Shown: positions 35,044 to 49,076 of the stretch, piece after piece
Numbering within the stretch: the stretch's first letter is position 1
Layout of the letters: each line of letters opens with the position of its first letter
Origin: Ascidiella aspersa
Lineage: Eukaryota
Assembly (NCBI GenBank): GCA_963924565.1
Contig: OZ004607.1
Span: forward strand, 8,308,001 to 8,372,000
DNA: 64,000 bases
Direction of reading: 5' to 3'
Made by a program: the position numbers and the translations under genes
The notes under the pieces: model-generated
What the model was told of the DNA's origin: nothing
The model's database searches: none
The model's input: the letters and a program-made list of their open reading frames with translations, nothing else

Positions 35044-38000
35044 TCACGTGACCTTGCTCTTGCGAAGTTTGACCTTCTTCTTCCAGTCGTCGCTGATGGG
35101 CTCGAAGTTTGCGTTCATGGCGGCCTTGCCGCTGAAAAGACGAGATTCAAGCGAATTAGGGGAGAAATTGTTATTAATAAATTGGCATTATAAACCTTAG
35201 GACAGATATAAACAAAATTGGGAAGAATTAGTTTGTATACATTGTGTAGCGGTTTAACGAAAAGTAATTGCAGAAGTTTTGACCTGAAAGTAAGCGCATT
35301 AAGCAGGATTTCAAGGCAAGCAGGTGTCATTAAATATAGTAGCTGGTTTTAAACTTTAAAGCTGTTAGCTCTTCATATTGTATTAGGTTTCTTTATAATT
35401 TTAAATTGCCGAAGTAATTGATTTCCTTTATTCAAATATCTTTATAGGCCCGACTCAGATCGTATTACCCATGTAAAAATCATTAGATATAAGAAGCTTT
35501 GGCAGCATGATTGCTTTGTTACTACCTTTTTAAATACCAATTCGCGTTACATGAAGCTGAGCAGAGGTATGTATTTATTGTGGCTGTCTGTAGTTAATGT
35601 AGCAAGTTTGAGTCACAATTAAGAATCCTGGTCACCGGACACGCCTAATTCTATGCAATTCTGTCCTTCATTCTCTCATTGTTACAGCTGTGTTCAACCA
35701 GTTTAAACCCACCTTTGCAACTGATCGCTCTTCCACTTTCTGATCCTGTACTCCGGATCCATCTCAAGGTTGAGCTCCTCCTCCGACTCCATGATCAGCC
35801 TCTTCTCCTCTTCTTCGATCTCCTGCTTGGCTCGCTGCCACTTGGCTACCATGCCAACCATCTCGCGCGGAGGTTTCTTGGAAGAGGCGAGCTTGTCCTT
35901 CTTCACCTGCAAGTTGACATTTATTAAGTTAATTGACTGAAGTTGAGTTGTTATGATGTCAGCATATGCGCCGACCGTGGATGTGAAGATCGTTTTTAGA
36001 TGCCCTGGATTTTCTGACAGGGCGTCAAAATGCCCTGGAATTCGACAAGTTATTAATAAAAGTTGAAATTCAACTTCTGTAGCCCAGTTTTTTAGTTCAC
36101 CTAAAGCGTTTTAGTTCCTGAATTACCACGCATACACGAGGCCATACAACTCAAAAACTATATCTTTTAATTATACGTAAAGCCGGTTTTTTAATTTAAT
36201 GTTACGTTTTGCTGGTTTGATGGAAACGTGTTTAGCCTAAAGGCGCTGTAATAAAGTTTGTAATAACAACAGCGCAAAAGCTGTTATCTAAGAGCTCGCA
36301 TTTGGTGTGTAAGCACTTTTGCACTGGTCAAAGATAACGTCATGAAAGTTTGACAGTTCGTTGCCAGTAAATCGCAGGTTTATTATTGTTGGTTTGTTTT
36401 AAATTGCCTTCTGCATGGACGTTTATTATTATTGACGCAATTGTGTAGAGGGTAAAAATCCTTCTTTGATTATACAAGTTGACATTTTTTAATCTGTTTT
36501 ATGTTACATATCGTTGTAATTTTGACACGCACCTTTTTAATTTTTTTCGTAGCCTTTTCCACAGCAACGTTCCTGTTTGCGTTGTGTTGAGCAGGAGCAA
36601 AGTTGGCCGTGCTAGGCGGGGCAGCCAATACAGCAGGAGCACTCAGCACTGTGTTGTACTCGACAGGCCCGCGCTGGAGTTCTGTGGCTAAAAACAAACG
36701 CATTTTCTGATGTCAATATAATATCGATCATCGTTGGTGGCAGTTTTTCACGGAAGCACTTAAAGTTTACCACTTTATTGCAAAAAAGTAAGAGTTTTCA
36801 AAAGCCTAAAATGAAATATTTTGCCAAAATCTTAGTTGCGAAATTTAACTGAAAGCAGTTGTACATCACAGAAATGTTTTATAAACTCAATATTTAAACT
36901 GAAATTCTATAAAATTTGGGCTTAAATTCAAATCTGTCTAAAAGTTGTAACCACGTCTAAGGTCAGTGATTAAAAAACATTCATAACTACAAGAAACATT
37001 TTTTCTTTAAAGCGTATATTAACATAAGACGGATAGATAGATAGAATAACTGCAACAACTATAGGCTGCAGTACAATGTTGGCAAAAAAATTACAGTTGC
37101 TTGATCACGAAGGCAGCGAAAGACCACAAGGTACATTGAGTCAACCGCAACCTGAAAAACAAAACCCACCAGTTGTTCCATTGTTTGTCGCCTGATCCTC
37201 AGCATCGCTTATCTCCATCTCAATCCCATCATCATTCACTTCACCTTCCTCAATCTCATCTTGAGTAGGAAGAGGCGGGGGTGGGGGAGGAGGGGGTAGG
37301 GGGGCATCCCCCTCCGATGGGGGTGCAGGGGGTAGCGGGGGCTCTTCCTCTGGTGGGGGAGGGGCTACATCCTCGCCAGGGGGAGGCGGGGGGACTTCCC
37401 GCATGGGTGAATTGCGGAAAGATGGGTCAAACCCGGGGTAATGCTGTCCGTAGGGCATTCCTGCGTACTGGCTTTGCATGCTCCAGTATTGGTAGTTCTG
37501 CATATTGTATCCGGCTCCTGTGGCACCAGGGTAAGTCATCATGTCCACGTTGGCCCCTGGGTCGGTGCCGGTTACCGCTGCTGCTGCCGCCTGGACTTCT
37601 GATGCCGAGATTTTTTCAGACTTGCCGGAGGTTATTGAATCCTTGCTTTCCTCTGTAGCGTTTGGTTAGGTTTAGTTATTGTTTGGTTTAGTTGATTTTA
37701 GCAACTATTCAAATTAGCTTAAGTAATTATTTTTTTTTGTTATTAAAATTTTTCTAAAATAAATAAATAGAAAGGGCAATGGAAATTTATCCTGGAAAAT
37801 TTAAAATCAAATCGAAATTGAACTACATATAATATTTGAAACCTCATATAATTCCAACCAAATTATGTCGATTAGGTATATAAGTTGCCAAAAATAAGTT
37901 TTTTTCTAGACCCAAAAGTGTACAACATTATCAGAAAACATTACAATTCACACTAACCATTGATCATATCCTGATCCAAGTTGGATGTAGTGGCGGGTGA

Positions 38001-41000
38001 CATTGTGGCAGTGGCAGTGGCAGGTGCTTCTTCCGACAACGCAAGGGGTGCTACCTCTTTTGGAAAGGTCCACTGAGACTGGCCGGTCTTTTTGTTCATG
38101 TAGAAATAGCGTTTGCGCTCGCTGAAGGTTCATGGAAAAATCAAAACACAAAGAAAGAGTCAACGACGCGCAGAAAAAGCATTTTCGCATCAGAAAACGA
38201 TCGACCGCAGCATAGTAGTTAGGTAGCGTTTTAAAAAAGTCACATACCTTCCTTGAATTCCCGGGATTCTACCATAATTTCCAGTCCGGTCTCCACGCGA
38301 CGAAACGGCAGCAAAAACCTGTGTGTGTGTTTTCTATACTTACGCTGCAAAAAGCGAGGAGAGGTGGCCTCCGCGACAGGGGGCGCCCATAACTTTGCTA
38401 ACAGCAACAAAGGTCTAACTCTCTGATTTTTCTGTCGTTACTTAAAGGATGGATCAAGATTTTCTACTGTTAATTCTGGCATTTCTCCCCGCCAATTTGC
38501 GGCGTCTTGAAGTGAAAGTTCTAGCAACAATAAATCGTCTAGTGGAGCCATGAGCGTACCTGTCCCACTGGCACGCCCATCCCGCCGGCACCGCGTTCGT
38601 CTCGTACTTTTCCAGCTGCTCTTCCGCCTTCTTCAGCTTTTTGAGGAAATAAACCGCGGCCAGTTCGCCGGCTTTGTAATCGGTCGAACGAACCTAAAAA
38701 TGGAGAATGAATTATGTAGAAATCAGTGGTGCCATTTCTAATGCTCAAGGGTGTAGATTGGATAGGTATTTGAGAATTTTTAAGAATCTGAGTTTTGCTC
38801 AATTGGTAAGCTTCTTGATGCCACTATTTGTGTACGATTATAGACCATTATATCAAATGACATTTTCCTACATGTTTTAAGTTGACTGTGTTGTTCCAGT
38901 ACCATTTATAGTGACATTTCGGTAAAATTCTAAATGAAAATTCCAGCCGAGGTACCAAAAATCTATTTATTATTTTTGAGGGGTGCCGTAAGCTAAAAGA
39001 TTGAGAATTGAGAACCAAAGATTGAGAATGACTGGTATAAATTGTGGCTGCAAGGCATGAAATCGATTTGTATAGGCCTGCTGGCATTGGCAAATATATA
39101 AGCTTTGTTGTTTTACTATTAATGTTCAACAGTTTCTATCAGTAGGATATGGTTATTGTTAGTTCAATTCTACTTGTTTTTGTTCAAAAACCTGATTTTC
39201 GTGGCCAAACAAGCAAAATAAATGAAATTAAAATGCGCAAATAAAATATTTTTCAGATTATTTAGCCATAATTTGCTTAGCATTAAAAAGCTTACAGACT
39301 TAGTTACAAACAACAATGTAAGAAATTTGCCTTGAAGGTAAACATCATGGGTTGGATCTAAAAAATAGCTAAAATTTGTCATTTTGATTTCGGTTGGCAC
39401 TGGTAACACACCCTGTCACCAGTCGAATGCAGAACACTTGTTAGAAGGTATCAGGCTTGATTCGACAATTTCAAAAGTCATAAAGTGTTCTCACAAAATT
39501 TAACCTACCTCAATTTCCATCAGCAGTTTGTGGAAATCAGTGAGGCTATCCTTGGATATTTCCAGAAACGAGAGCTTTCCCAGGAGAGTTGATTGCAGTT
39601 TATCGATGCTTCCCTGTTCAGAAAAGAGAATACAATAACTTTTAAAAGTTATTCCCGACGCTCTAACTATTCTGGACATATAGTGGCAAATTTTATTACA
39701 AATTCAAACTGCAACAAAATAGTAAACCAGCTTACATGGTAATTACTAAAATTACACAACTAAGAATTGTACTTTTTGAAACTTTGACAAAATTGCACAA
39801 CCCTAGAGAATCACTATAGATAGCAGTTTTAAAGCTGTTGTCCACACAAGATAAACTGAGCAAAGTATTTCAGCCATGCATAGAGCACTACTTGCTGCCT
39901 TGTCAGTAGAAAATAAGCGGTAATGTAATGGATTGTGGATTTGGTTCAACAAAATAATGTATATTGTTCTGAAATTTTTTACTTAGAAATAGACCAAAAA
40001 AAATAGTGAATAGGCATGTCTGATACTTGACATTCTATCACAATCCGATAGGAAATGACATCATTACTACGTTCAAGTAGGCAAATAGATACAATTAAAG
40101 TGCTAAGATGTATTTTTCCAGGTTATTACGTCATCATTTGGTTTATAGTTGAAAACATTTAGTTGCCTTTAAATAATTATTAATATACTATTTTTTATCA
40201 AATTTAGCTTTTAATTTACAATCACAAATCCTGGCCAGAAAAGCTATATTAATTTGGGATGTTATTTGCACTGATACAACAACTCGGTATCTGGTTTTGG
40301 CTCCGATGTGGTATTATCGAACGTCCCTGTTATTAAACATACGGCCCTTATTTAAAGAAGACATTCACCCCTGTTTGAAACAACAATAAAAAAAACATTT
40401 GAAATGAGAAGAAAATAAACTGTGTTAAGTAAACCTTATAGTGTAATAAGTTCCAGTCAAGTAGTAAAACAACAAGTCATAATCAAGTTAATTTAAACAC
40501 ATTGCCGTAAAAGTAAAGTCCAAGTCTTATCACTGGCTTCAAAAATAAATGCTACACTTACAAAGTCTATGAATAGTGAATACCGACTACTGAGTAAAAT
40601 TTTGGATAAATCAAATTCGAAACAAATGGAAAGTTAAGATTTGAATTTCAAGTCATTTGCATAAATTCATTCGGCCAACACAAGTTATTTTCGCCAAGAA
40701 ACAACTTATTTTCGCCAGAAAGACTAAAGCCAAGTGATTTGAAAATAGTAACTTAAAATTAATAAAATATTTATTTAGTGACACGTCTATCCAGGACAAA
40801 CAATTTATAAAAACATAACTGAAAAACAATAATAAAATTATACATAAACCCTTTCCAAATGCCATTCCTAGATATATAACCCAGGAAAGTGTCTAACAAC
40901 AACCGGTAATATTTCTTTTGTGTTTAGGCTACTCAACTCTATGGACAATGCTTGATACGCCAGATGAACCAAGGGCCATGCTTGGATTACATCATGGAGT

Positions 41001-44000
41001 TCGTAACGTATAGATACCAAGCGTTGATTCGTAACATATAGATACCAAGTGCACTTATAATGCAAACCACCTTGTGTTTTAAGTTTTCAGACTCTGATTG
41101 CTCCTTATCCGAAGCAGTCTGAGTGCTTCTGTCGTCAGTTTTTACGACATTTGTCTTGACTAAAGCAGGTGAATCCACCCGATCGGCCTTCCGAGAGACA
41201 AAACCACCATCGGGAAGAATTGGTGTCATGTCGTATTTGCTGGAGATACACAAAAGGCAAGGTTTAATTGCTGAGGACCCAAAATAAGTCTAAAATATTT
41301 CAGGCAACTTTTTAATGATTTTGAGATGTTTGTAATTTGTATTCTATTCAGATACCCAATACTTAAGGAAAATTTCTGTTGGTTCGATAGTAAATGACTT
41401 CCTTACCATGCTCAACAAAGCAAAATTATTCAAATTGAAATGTGCAATAAACATAATATTTTCCATGTTTTAAAGAAAATATTTGCAAAGAAACTTAATT
41501 TTAGTTGCCTTTAATGTTAGTATATTATTTTCTTTAAAAGATAACCTTTCAAAATAGAAAAAAGTTTAGCTGATCGCAAACCATGACTCAAATTCAACAT
41601 GTAATTTAGTATCGGTGTCAATCACCCAAATATCTGACGAGCACCGTCACTACCACTTGGTATTGGGCATTGGCTCCAATATGGTTTTATCGGATATTAA
41701 TAATATTGGAACTAATAACCTATTGACTAGTTTAACGAATTAGGTAACAAATAAAATCATTTTTTTTAAATGGAATCTTGCTTGAAACCGAAAAACCTTA
41801 ACACATAGGTCAAAAAATGAGTTATAGGCAATACCTGAGATCTTCATCTGGTCCACTATCTTCTTCGGATTCATTCATCAATCTGTGACAACAATAAATC
41901 GCTTTTTCATGGTGACTGTTTTTACTAACAAGGCGCCAGCTGTGAAAACGCTTAGTGTGCAATTGTTAACTTTAGTTCAAGGAAACCTAAAGCAAGCCCC
42001 CAAAAATGTGGGAGATTTAGTAGATCCACTAAATTTCAGGCAAGGGCCTAGGCTAAATTACAGCAGGACTGCCACCGGAAATACAAAATGTATATACTAT
42101 TTCGGGTTGTTAATGCCATGAAAATCGCAACATCTGCACAGAAGCTGTGTGCCAAGTCAGCTAAAAAAGTTTGAGGAATAATGATCTAAGAACTAACATT
42201 GTGATATTTGCAAAATGCTTTCTGCACAAGGAAAAAAACTTTCTTATTCGCTAATGTGTTGAATGCACATTTGTCATTCAGCCAACTTAAACGCGCTGTA
42301 TTAAAAAGTACTGCGTCTACGGTCGACCTAGGTTTAAACTCAAGACGAAAGACAGCGTTTTGTGGTTGATTTCGGTTTTGCATTAGGTTAAGATGCAAGA
42401 CCCAACTACAAATAAAAAATGAAAATAGTTGCCACCTTGTACAACGAGTTGAAACTCGTAAAAAAGATATTGGCACTTTTAAAAGGATCTGGGGGTCCGG
42501 ACCCCCAAAGGCCTCAGAATACATTCATACGATTTTAAAACTATAGCATAATAAACTTGGCAAAAAATATACTAACCCATCTCTCCAGCTGGTGATTGGC
42601 TCCACCTTTTCTTTCTTGGCACTGATAACTACAAATAAATTTGTAAATGTTATTTAGCTTTTTAAACAGCGACTACCCTTAGTTGCTACTGTTAAAGAAT
42701 ACTTAAAAATAATTTATTTTCACTTTGACAACACATTGGAATAAAAACACAAGCACAATATTTTAAACTAGATATTTTAATTTACAAGTTTACCATCAGG
42801 TTGAATTCCATTTGAATTCTCGGCCTTCATCTTTCTCTTCTTAGAATGAATTTCTAAAAAAGATTTTGATTTATTTAGTATAAGAAGAGAATAGATTTTT
42901 AAAAGTTGTGATTTATACACACACGCAAAAATAAAGGTAAAGCAAATTTGGAAAGGCGGTAAAAAAATAAAATATCATTGACCGAGATAATATGTCTTTG
43001 ACCAATCGCCTAATTTAAGCAATGTGTAAATTGCAATGTATGATAAATAACAGTTTTGTAATTACACAGCATTAAACACACCTGTGGAATCTAAGGCATT
43101 GTCCAGTTCAGCGTCGACATCAATTTCAACAACTTCCTTCTTTGGCTTTACCGCTTTCACTTCAAGTCTATAACATTTAAACCATTAAAAATAACTACAT
43201 AATATAAATATATACTGTGTAACTGGTTTTCATTACATAAAATATGTTTGACATGCTTAACCGTTGGGTATCAAGTCGTTTCATTTCAAATAAGCACACG
43301 TTATTTGCAATTTTGTTTCAACTAAATATAAAATTTTAGTTTGCGAAGACGAACAATTAGATGTTTCACAGTCATGCAGATAAATGCGATAATTTATAAC
43401 ACGCCATCCGATTAAATGCTGCTTTCACACAGGCTAAAGAATGTGACTCCATTTGTGGGGAATAATTTAGTTAACCCATTTCAGGCACAATAAGGAAAAC
43501 AATAGTCAAGGGACGACCAACATATATGCTGTATAAGTGTATACTATTAAAAAACATGATCAATACACATCTTTACATTAGTGTTGAACTTTTGGATATT
43601 TCGCTTTAATTTTTAAAAGGCAATTTTTTATAATTTTAAAAATAATACTAACTTATTTTGTCTTTTCTCAAGTTCCTTTTTCTTTTCTTCAAGGGCAGCT
43701 GGAATTAACAACATAAAAATTTACCAACATTGCTCAGTCTCAATTAACAATGTCTAACATTAATCAACAGTAATCAAAATGACAAAGTTGGCAACAGTTT
43801 TACATATTACCACAAACCTTTTAATGATGTCCGTGACTTTAACAAAACTTCTGTTTTCGATGCAGGTTGTTTGGCAGGTTTTGTTTCAGATGCAGCGGGT
43901 ACTTTTTCTGCAATTTTTTGTGGTTCTTTTGCCGATTTCTTTTGCACCGATTCAGCTTTCTTTGCCATTTGACTCTCGTACTGCTTCATAACAGACTCGG

Positions 44001-47000
44001 GCAAGGTCCACGACACTTCATTTGTTTCAGTGTTCCAGTAATAAGGATGGTTGGTGTTCTCGTCAATACATTGGTTCCAAGGGCCCCAAGCAACTATAAC
44101 AATATGAAAAAAATGGAAATCGGGTGGCACTGTTTAATGAGAAATTGTATTAAAATCTTGACACTGCCGCACAACTGTGCTTTATCATGTCAAAGTAATA
44201 ATGAAACCAAAAAGAAAAAAACATTAAATAATACACATTTGTCTCTTAAGTAATCATATGATTATATGGGCCGAAAATTTATTTTCGGGACATATCTTGT
44301 TTTTGCCGTTATTATATGGGCCGAAAATTTATTTTCGGGACATATCGTGTTTTTGCCGTTATTCTTTTTTGGTTTCCTATGGTTTCCTATGGTTTGTTTC
44401 AGACCGAGTTTTGTCCGAAGCTTTATAGAAAAAGTAGACATCGTAGAACCTTCAAATTTTCAGACATGGCGTAGAGTGGTATGTAGGTGCTTTGTAAAAG
44501 TTTATGAGGCTGCACTCCCAGGGGCCTTTGCTTGGGGGGTAAAAACCTGAAATATTGCGTTTTAGCACTTTGTAGCTAACGACAGCCATCTAGCAGCAGA
44601 AAAACTTTCATACAGAATTCGTTCATATTCGCTTGCTTTGTCCAGCTCGCGTCGCGACGAGGCGGCTGCTGGCATCCCTGCTGCGCCCTATTGTCCCGCG
44701 CGTGCAACATTTGTGTTGGAAGTGGCTTGCCTAGTAAAACTATGCACATGCGACTTGCCTTTCATAAAGAGGCCTCTCTAAGTAAAAAAACCTATTGCTC
44801 TTACAACACAAAATATTTTACCACCGCAAATTTAAATGCGAATCCTACAGGCAGTGTACACATCTCTGTTAGCACATGTTGTAATTGTTGCACCATTCAA
44901 ACATATCAACACCAGGTCTAAGCAAATATAATTATACAAGGGCCGCAACAACAAAAAGCTTAAGTTTAACGCATTCTTAACGACGACGTTACAAAGCTAC
45001 GTCATAACATGGCGTCATAAATAAATAAATCTTGCGTTTATTGGATTTAAATTGGCAAAACTTTCAATATAAAACGTGGCTTATTAGGCACATAAACATG
45101 TTTGCATATTGCTCAAAACTACAGATTTAAACTCTGTTTCAACAGTGATTGCTCAGACCAAGGCATGGTAAAAATTTACACAGTAAAAGTTGGAAAAAGT
45201 ATAGCAAACCATAGACATTAAATCATTTAGAGAGAATGAAAATATTGACTTTTTAAACATGCTAGCTGACCAAAATGTAATAACATGGCCGTAAGCATTA
45301 TCTACGTAAATTTTTATTGATCAAATGTATGTTTCGATCATTTGCCAAAATCTACGCCATATTTGAACCCCCTTCGCTTCAAAGCCATAATTTATTATAT
45401 TATTATACACAACTTATAATTGTGTGTAGATATGTTGGATTGGAGTAACATACAGAACAGGTGCAAATAGCAAATATTCTCCAAATACGATGTTTCCAAT
45501 ATTCTCCAAATCGTATTTCATCGTATTGTCGCGGTAATACACAAAGAGGTAAGGCCGTGAATAAAGTTTCACCCACCGTACAATTAACGGAGGGAAGCAT
45601 TTCGAGTAGGGATGTTCAAGGCAGAATATCGGCGACACATTTATAATGCTTGCTTTAAATGCGGCGTCAGCATTTTTTGGGGCGACCAATTACTTCGCGA
45701 TAAGCTTCGCCTAATAATTAAGTGTCAATAGGGTGTATTTACCGCCGCAAGTTTAAATGCGAAATCTTAAGGCAGTCTACGCCTCTCTGTTAGCACCTGT
45801 TGTGCATCTTGCTCCAACCAGCATACCAACATCAGGCCTAAACGTATCTAGCAAAACTTTCGATTTAATAGTTTGCGTATTAGGCACGTAATAGTGTTTT
45901 TCATATTGTTTGAAACGACAGATTTAAAGCCTGTTTTAACAGTGATTGCTCGGACCAAGCTATGGTAAAAAATTACCTAGTGAAAGTTTGCAAAAGTATA
46001 GCAAACCATAGGCGTTAAACCATTTTTAGTCTTTAAGAGAATAATAATATTTGATTTTCAAACACGTAAGCTGGTCAAAATTTAATAAAATAGCCATATG
46101 CATTATCTAAGTAAATTCTATTTATCAAATATATGTTTCGATCATTACCCAAATTCTACGCCATATTTGAACCCCTTTCGCATCAAAGGCATATTTTAAG
46201 TGGGAAGGTTTTCGGCCCATATCTGTTTTTGCTTGCAGAAACAAGTTAAGGAAAATGAAAAACAAAATATATAATATAAAGTACACAATACAAAATATTA
46301 AAAAAAAAATTTAAAAAATTAAAATAAAGTAAAAATTGAAAATAAACACTAAGCCCTGAAAATATATCCCCTGACAAAATATACAACAACCGCACCACCG
46401 TCTAGTTTTTGTTTATTATTACTGGATAAAGTGCTCAAGTCATTGATCATATAAATTAACGGTACACAGAAAAAATGAGTAATCATCACCAGGCCACCGA
46501 AAAGTTAAGTTAACAAAAGCATCATAGGGTAATGTCAAAAACGTTTATTTTTTTCTTGTGAAAACGTATTCTAGTTTGCTATTAAGAGATTAATTTTGTA
46601 ATAAAGACCATAAGTGCTATGGCGCAGGTGTGTTGAATAATTGCAGGTTTGTTGATTTCAGTAGTTGCAACCAAAGTCAATGCTCTTTACAGTGGGTCCC
46701 CAGTCCCGGTTAAATCATTTAATCTGCAGGGTTTAATATGGACTTAACCCTCCCGCAGTTGCACTCTCAGCGGTAGTCGCACAATTGCACATTTTATGGA
46801 AAATTGCCGTGAAAAATGTTCAGGCACAAAAATTTAATGAAACATGCAAAATTTTAGTTGTATTAGGTTTTTTAAAAGTGTAGGATTGATTTACTGTCAT
46901 GTAAATTTTAGCATTAACTTGATTACAGCTGCAAAATTTCAGGCTGTATGACTCTTCCCCGCACAATGTCTAAATTTTCCGAAATAGCATTTAATAAAAG

Positions 47001-49076
47001 AAAAATACAATAAAACACTATACATACTTTTAAAATCATCATCATTTTGGAGGGCAGCGACAGTGGTTTCCTTTTTCTCTTCTGCTGTTTCTTTTGATTT
47101 AGTTTTGGCGGCGGCCACCGGTTCAGTGTCAAGGTCGTTTATTTCTTTGAGAAAGTCAGCTACCTTGTCGTCCAGTGTACTGACTGGGATTGTTTGTTCC
47201 TCTTCATCTGATTCTTCGTTGTCTGTTCCATCGCCGTAGCTACCAAGCAACCCAAGTCCTGCTCCAGCTCGAAGTTTTTGTGGACGGGGAAAATCTAAAA
47301 GGACAAGACGGTAAAAATAGAGCTATTTTTCTAAAATTTACAAATAAAACAGTTTGCTAGCTATTATGCTGTAATTTTGTTGTGAATTGGACTTAAGTTA
47401 TTTTAAAATGACTTGTTTACAACACTGATCAACATTCTTGGAAAGAAGACTCAACAGCACCTTATCCACTCTCCATTAGATAAATTTTCCATGGTCCACC
47501 ATAAAATCAACACAAAAGTACATATTAGTTAAGTTTGTGTACAGGTTACTTTGATAAACAGCTGTTCATATCTTTGATATAGTAAAACAATGCGACTCCA
47601 ACAGAGCTGCGGAGTCGGTTTGTTTTGCTGAGTCGTACTCGAGTAAGACCACGTAAAACTACAAGTTCAGAGACCGGCATGCACAGTAGGGTTCCTCTTT
47701 TTCCCGGATTTTTTCAATCCCGGGAAATGGGATTGAAAAAAATCCAGGGATCCCGACAAAAAAATTATACATAAAATTACTTCACTATGACGTTTGAATT
47801 TTTTTTATTTTAGCTCCAAACATTTAATTAAGCTGATTTATGGGCGTTCTTTCACTTATGGACGTGGAAAGTTATGCAAAACAAAAAAATACTGCATACC
47901 ACAACTCATCTTGTTTGGGTTAATGTTTGGGCGAGGGTTGGTCAAGTATTATTATGTTTATTATTAATAATAACGCTTGACCAACCCTCACCCAAACCCG
48001 CACCCTAACCCAAATAATATGCCTTGTGGTATGCGGTATTTGAGGACCGTTTTTTTATTAACTTATACGTTCATAACTGAAGAAGCGCCCATTTTGTCCT
48101 GTAATATTGCTTACTGCAATCGTACAAGACCTTCTCGTATTAAAGTCAGGACCCTTATTTGTTTTTATTTAAAAAAAAGCGCATGCATTTTTATTGGTAG
48201 GATAAATTTAATTAAGTTTTTCCGCTGTTAAGCGCGAATAAAGCAACTCAAGCTTTCACATGGTTGGTACTACTTTTTTCTTTATATTACTCAAAAACAA
48301 TCTTTTTTAAAGTTTGACTATGTTGCCGAATACCAGGGATTATAAAAAAAATTTCCTGGGATTCGGGATTGTTAATTCGCAGGAAATCCCGGGAATTCCC
48401 GGAGAGGAACCCTAATGCACAGTACCAAATTTTAAAATTGAAATGGCCGCCAACTGGAAATTGTAAAGGTGGAATAGCATATGGTGAACATTTTTTTTCA
48501 ACCATGTATTGTGAGTGAATGAATTATACGACACCCCTAAGTTGATTACGGATACCCACGTTATTTTAGTTACATAAATTGGCAGTATACAGGAGCCTGT
48601 AAAGTCAGGGCCGGACTCAGGACTCAATAAAATCAAACAATTAACTGGAGTCGGATTTGGATTTATTTTTTTGGCAGGAGTCGGACTGGGGTTACTTTTA
48701 ACCGAGTTGGCAGACGGGTAATACTAATTTAGGGAATGATGAATGGTCGGAATCCTCACTGATTTAAGTGTTACCCCGTTAAAACAATTATTAAACCAAC
48801 GCCCAATATTGGAGTTAGGCTGGGGGTTAGCGTTTGGGTGAAGGTGGGTCAAGTGTTATTATATTTAATAATAATACTGTGAGCGTTCCGACCATTCATC
48901 ATTCCGTAAATCAGTGTACCCTTGGCAGATTGCACTTCAACAACTGCCCAAAATGGCTGTGGCTTTGTATATTGAAATTAAACTTATAGGAAAATCAAAC
49001 TACCTTAAAATTTCAAAAGAAACTTACTTTGTTGCTCCCTTGCACCAAGTTGCAAGGTCGGTTTCCTCCGTGACAT
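35044..49076 (-). CDS. FNBP4: Formin-binding protein 4-like (two WW domains, proline-rich), complete, 16 coding exons
   Basis: Exons 49028-49076, 47028-47294, 43818-44093, 43653-43698, 43082-43167, 42794-42853, 42577-42628, 41835-41882, 41071-41239, 39509-39613, 38560-38693, 37958-38121, 37170-37652, 36533-36687, 35713-35906, 35044-35131, phase-consistent. Motifs [28 protein letters not shown]1 [29 protein letters not shown]2 [30 protein letters not shown], poly-Pro, C-term [17 protein letters not shown]. Confidence 0.9.
44261..46247 (+). mobile_element. Non-autonomous Helentron/HINE (DINE-1-like) element
   Basis: 14-bp subTIR ATATGGGCCGAAAA (44264) / TTTTCGGCCCATAT (46209); 5' stem-loop duplicated with 50-bp period; 3' hairpin GTTTTTGC-TT-GCAGAAAC (46225-46242); internal diverged direct repeats. 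Confidence 0.7.
47687..48414. mobile_element. hAT-type MITE (TAGGGTTCCTC..GAGGAACCCTA)
   Basis: Perfect 11-bp TIR, perfect 8-bp TSD ATGCACAG, subterminal CCCGGGA/GGGAT repeats. Confidence 0.9.
47842..48090. mobile_element. Palindromic fold-back MITE nested in the 47687 element
   Basis: GGGCGTTCTTTCACTTATGGACGT / ACGTTCATAACTGAAGAAGCGCCC; arms ATACTGCATACCACAA..GAGGGTTGGTCAAG vs CTTGACCAACCCTC..TTGTGGTATGCGGTAT. Confidence 0.8.
48716..48921. mobile_element. MULE/Mutator-like MITE
   Basis: ~43-bp TIRs GGGTA..GGAATGATGAATGGTCGGAA; 9-bp flanking duplication TTGGCAGAC/TTGGCAGAT. Confidence 0.75.

Larger units (their letters stand above)
47602..48930. mobile_element. GGAGTC-repeat MITE (outer element of nest)
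   Basis: Starts CAGAGCTGCGGAGTC; GGAGTCGG repeats at 48647-48690; internal block shared with 6908-6957; right end degenerate. Confidence 0.55.

Noticed and set aside
48735-48752. ATGATGA..CTGA as a C/D-box snoRNA
   Set aside because: Lies within the TIR of the 48716-48921 MITE and is far too short for a snoRNA.
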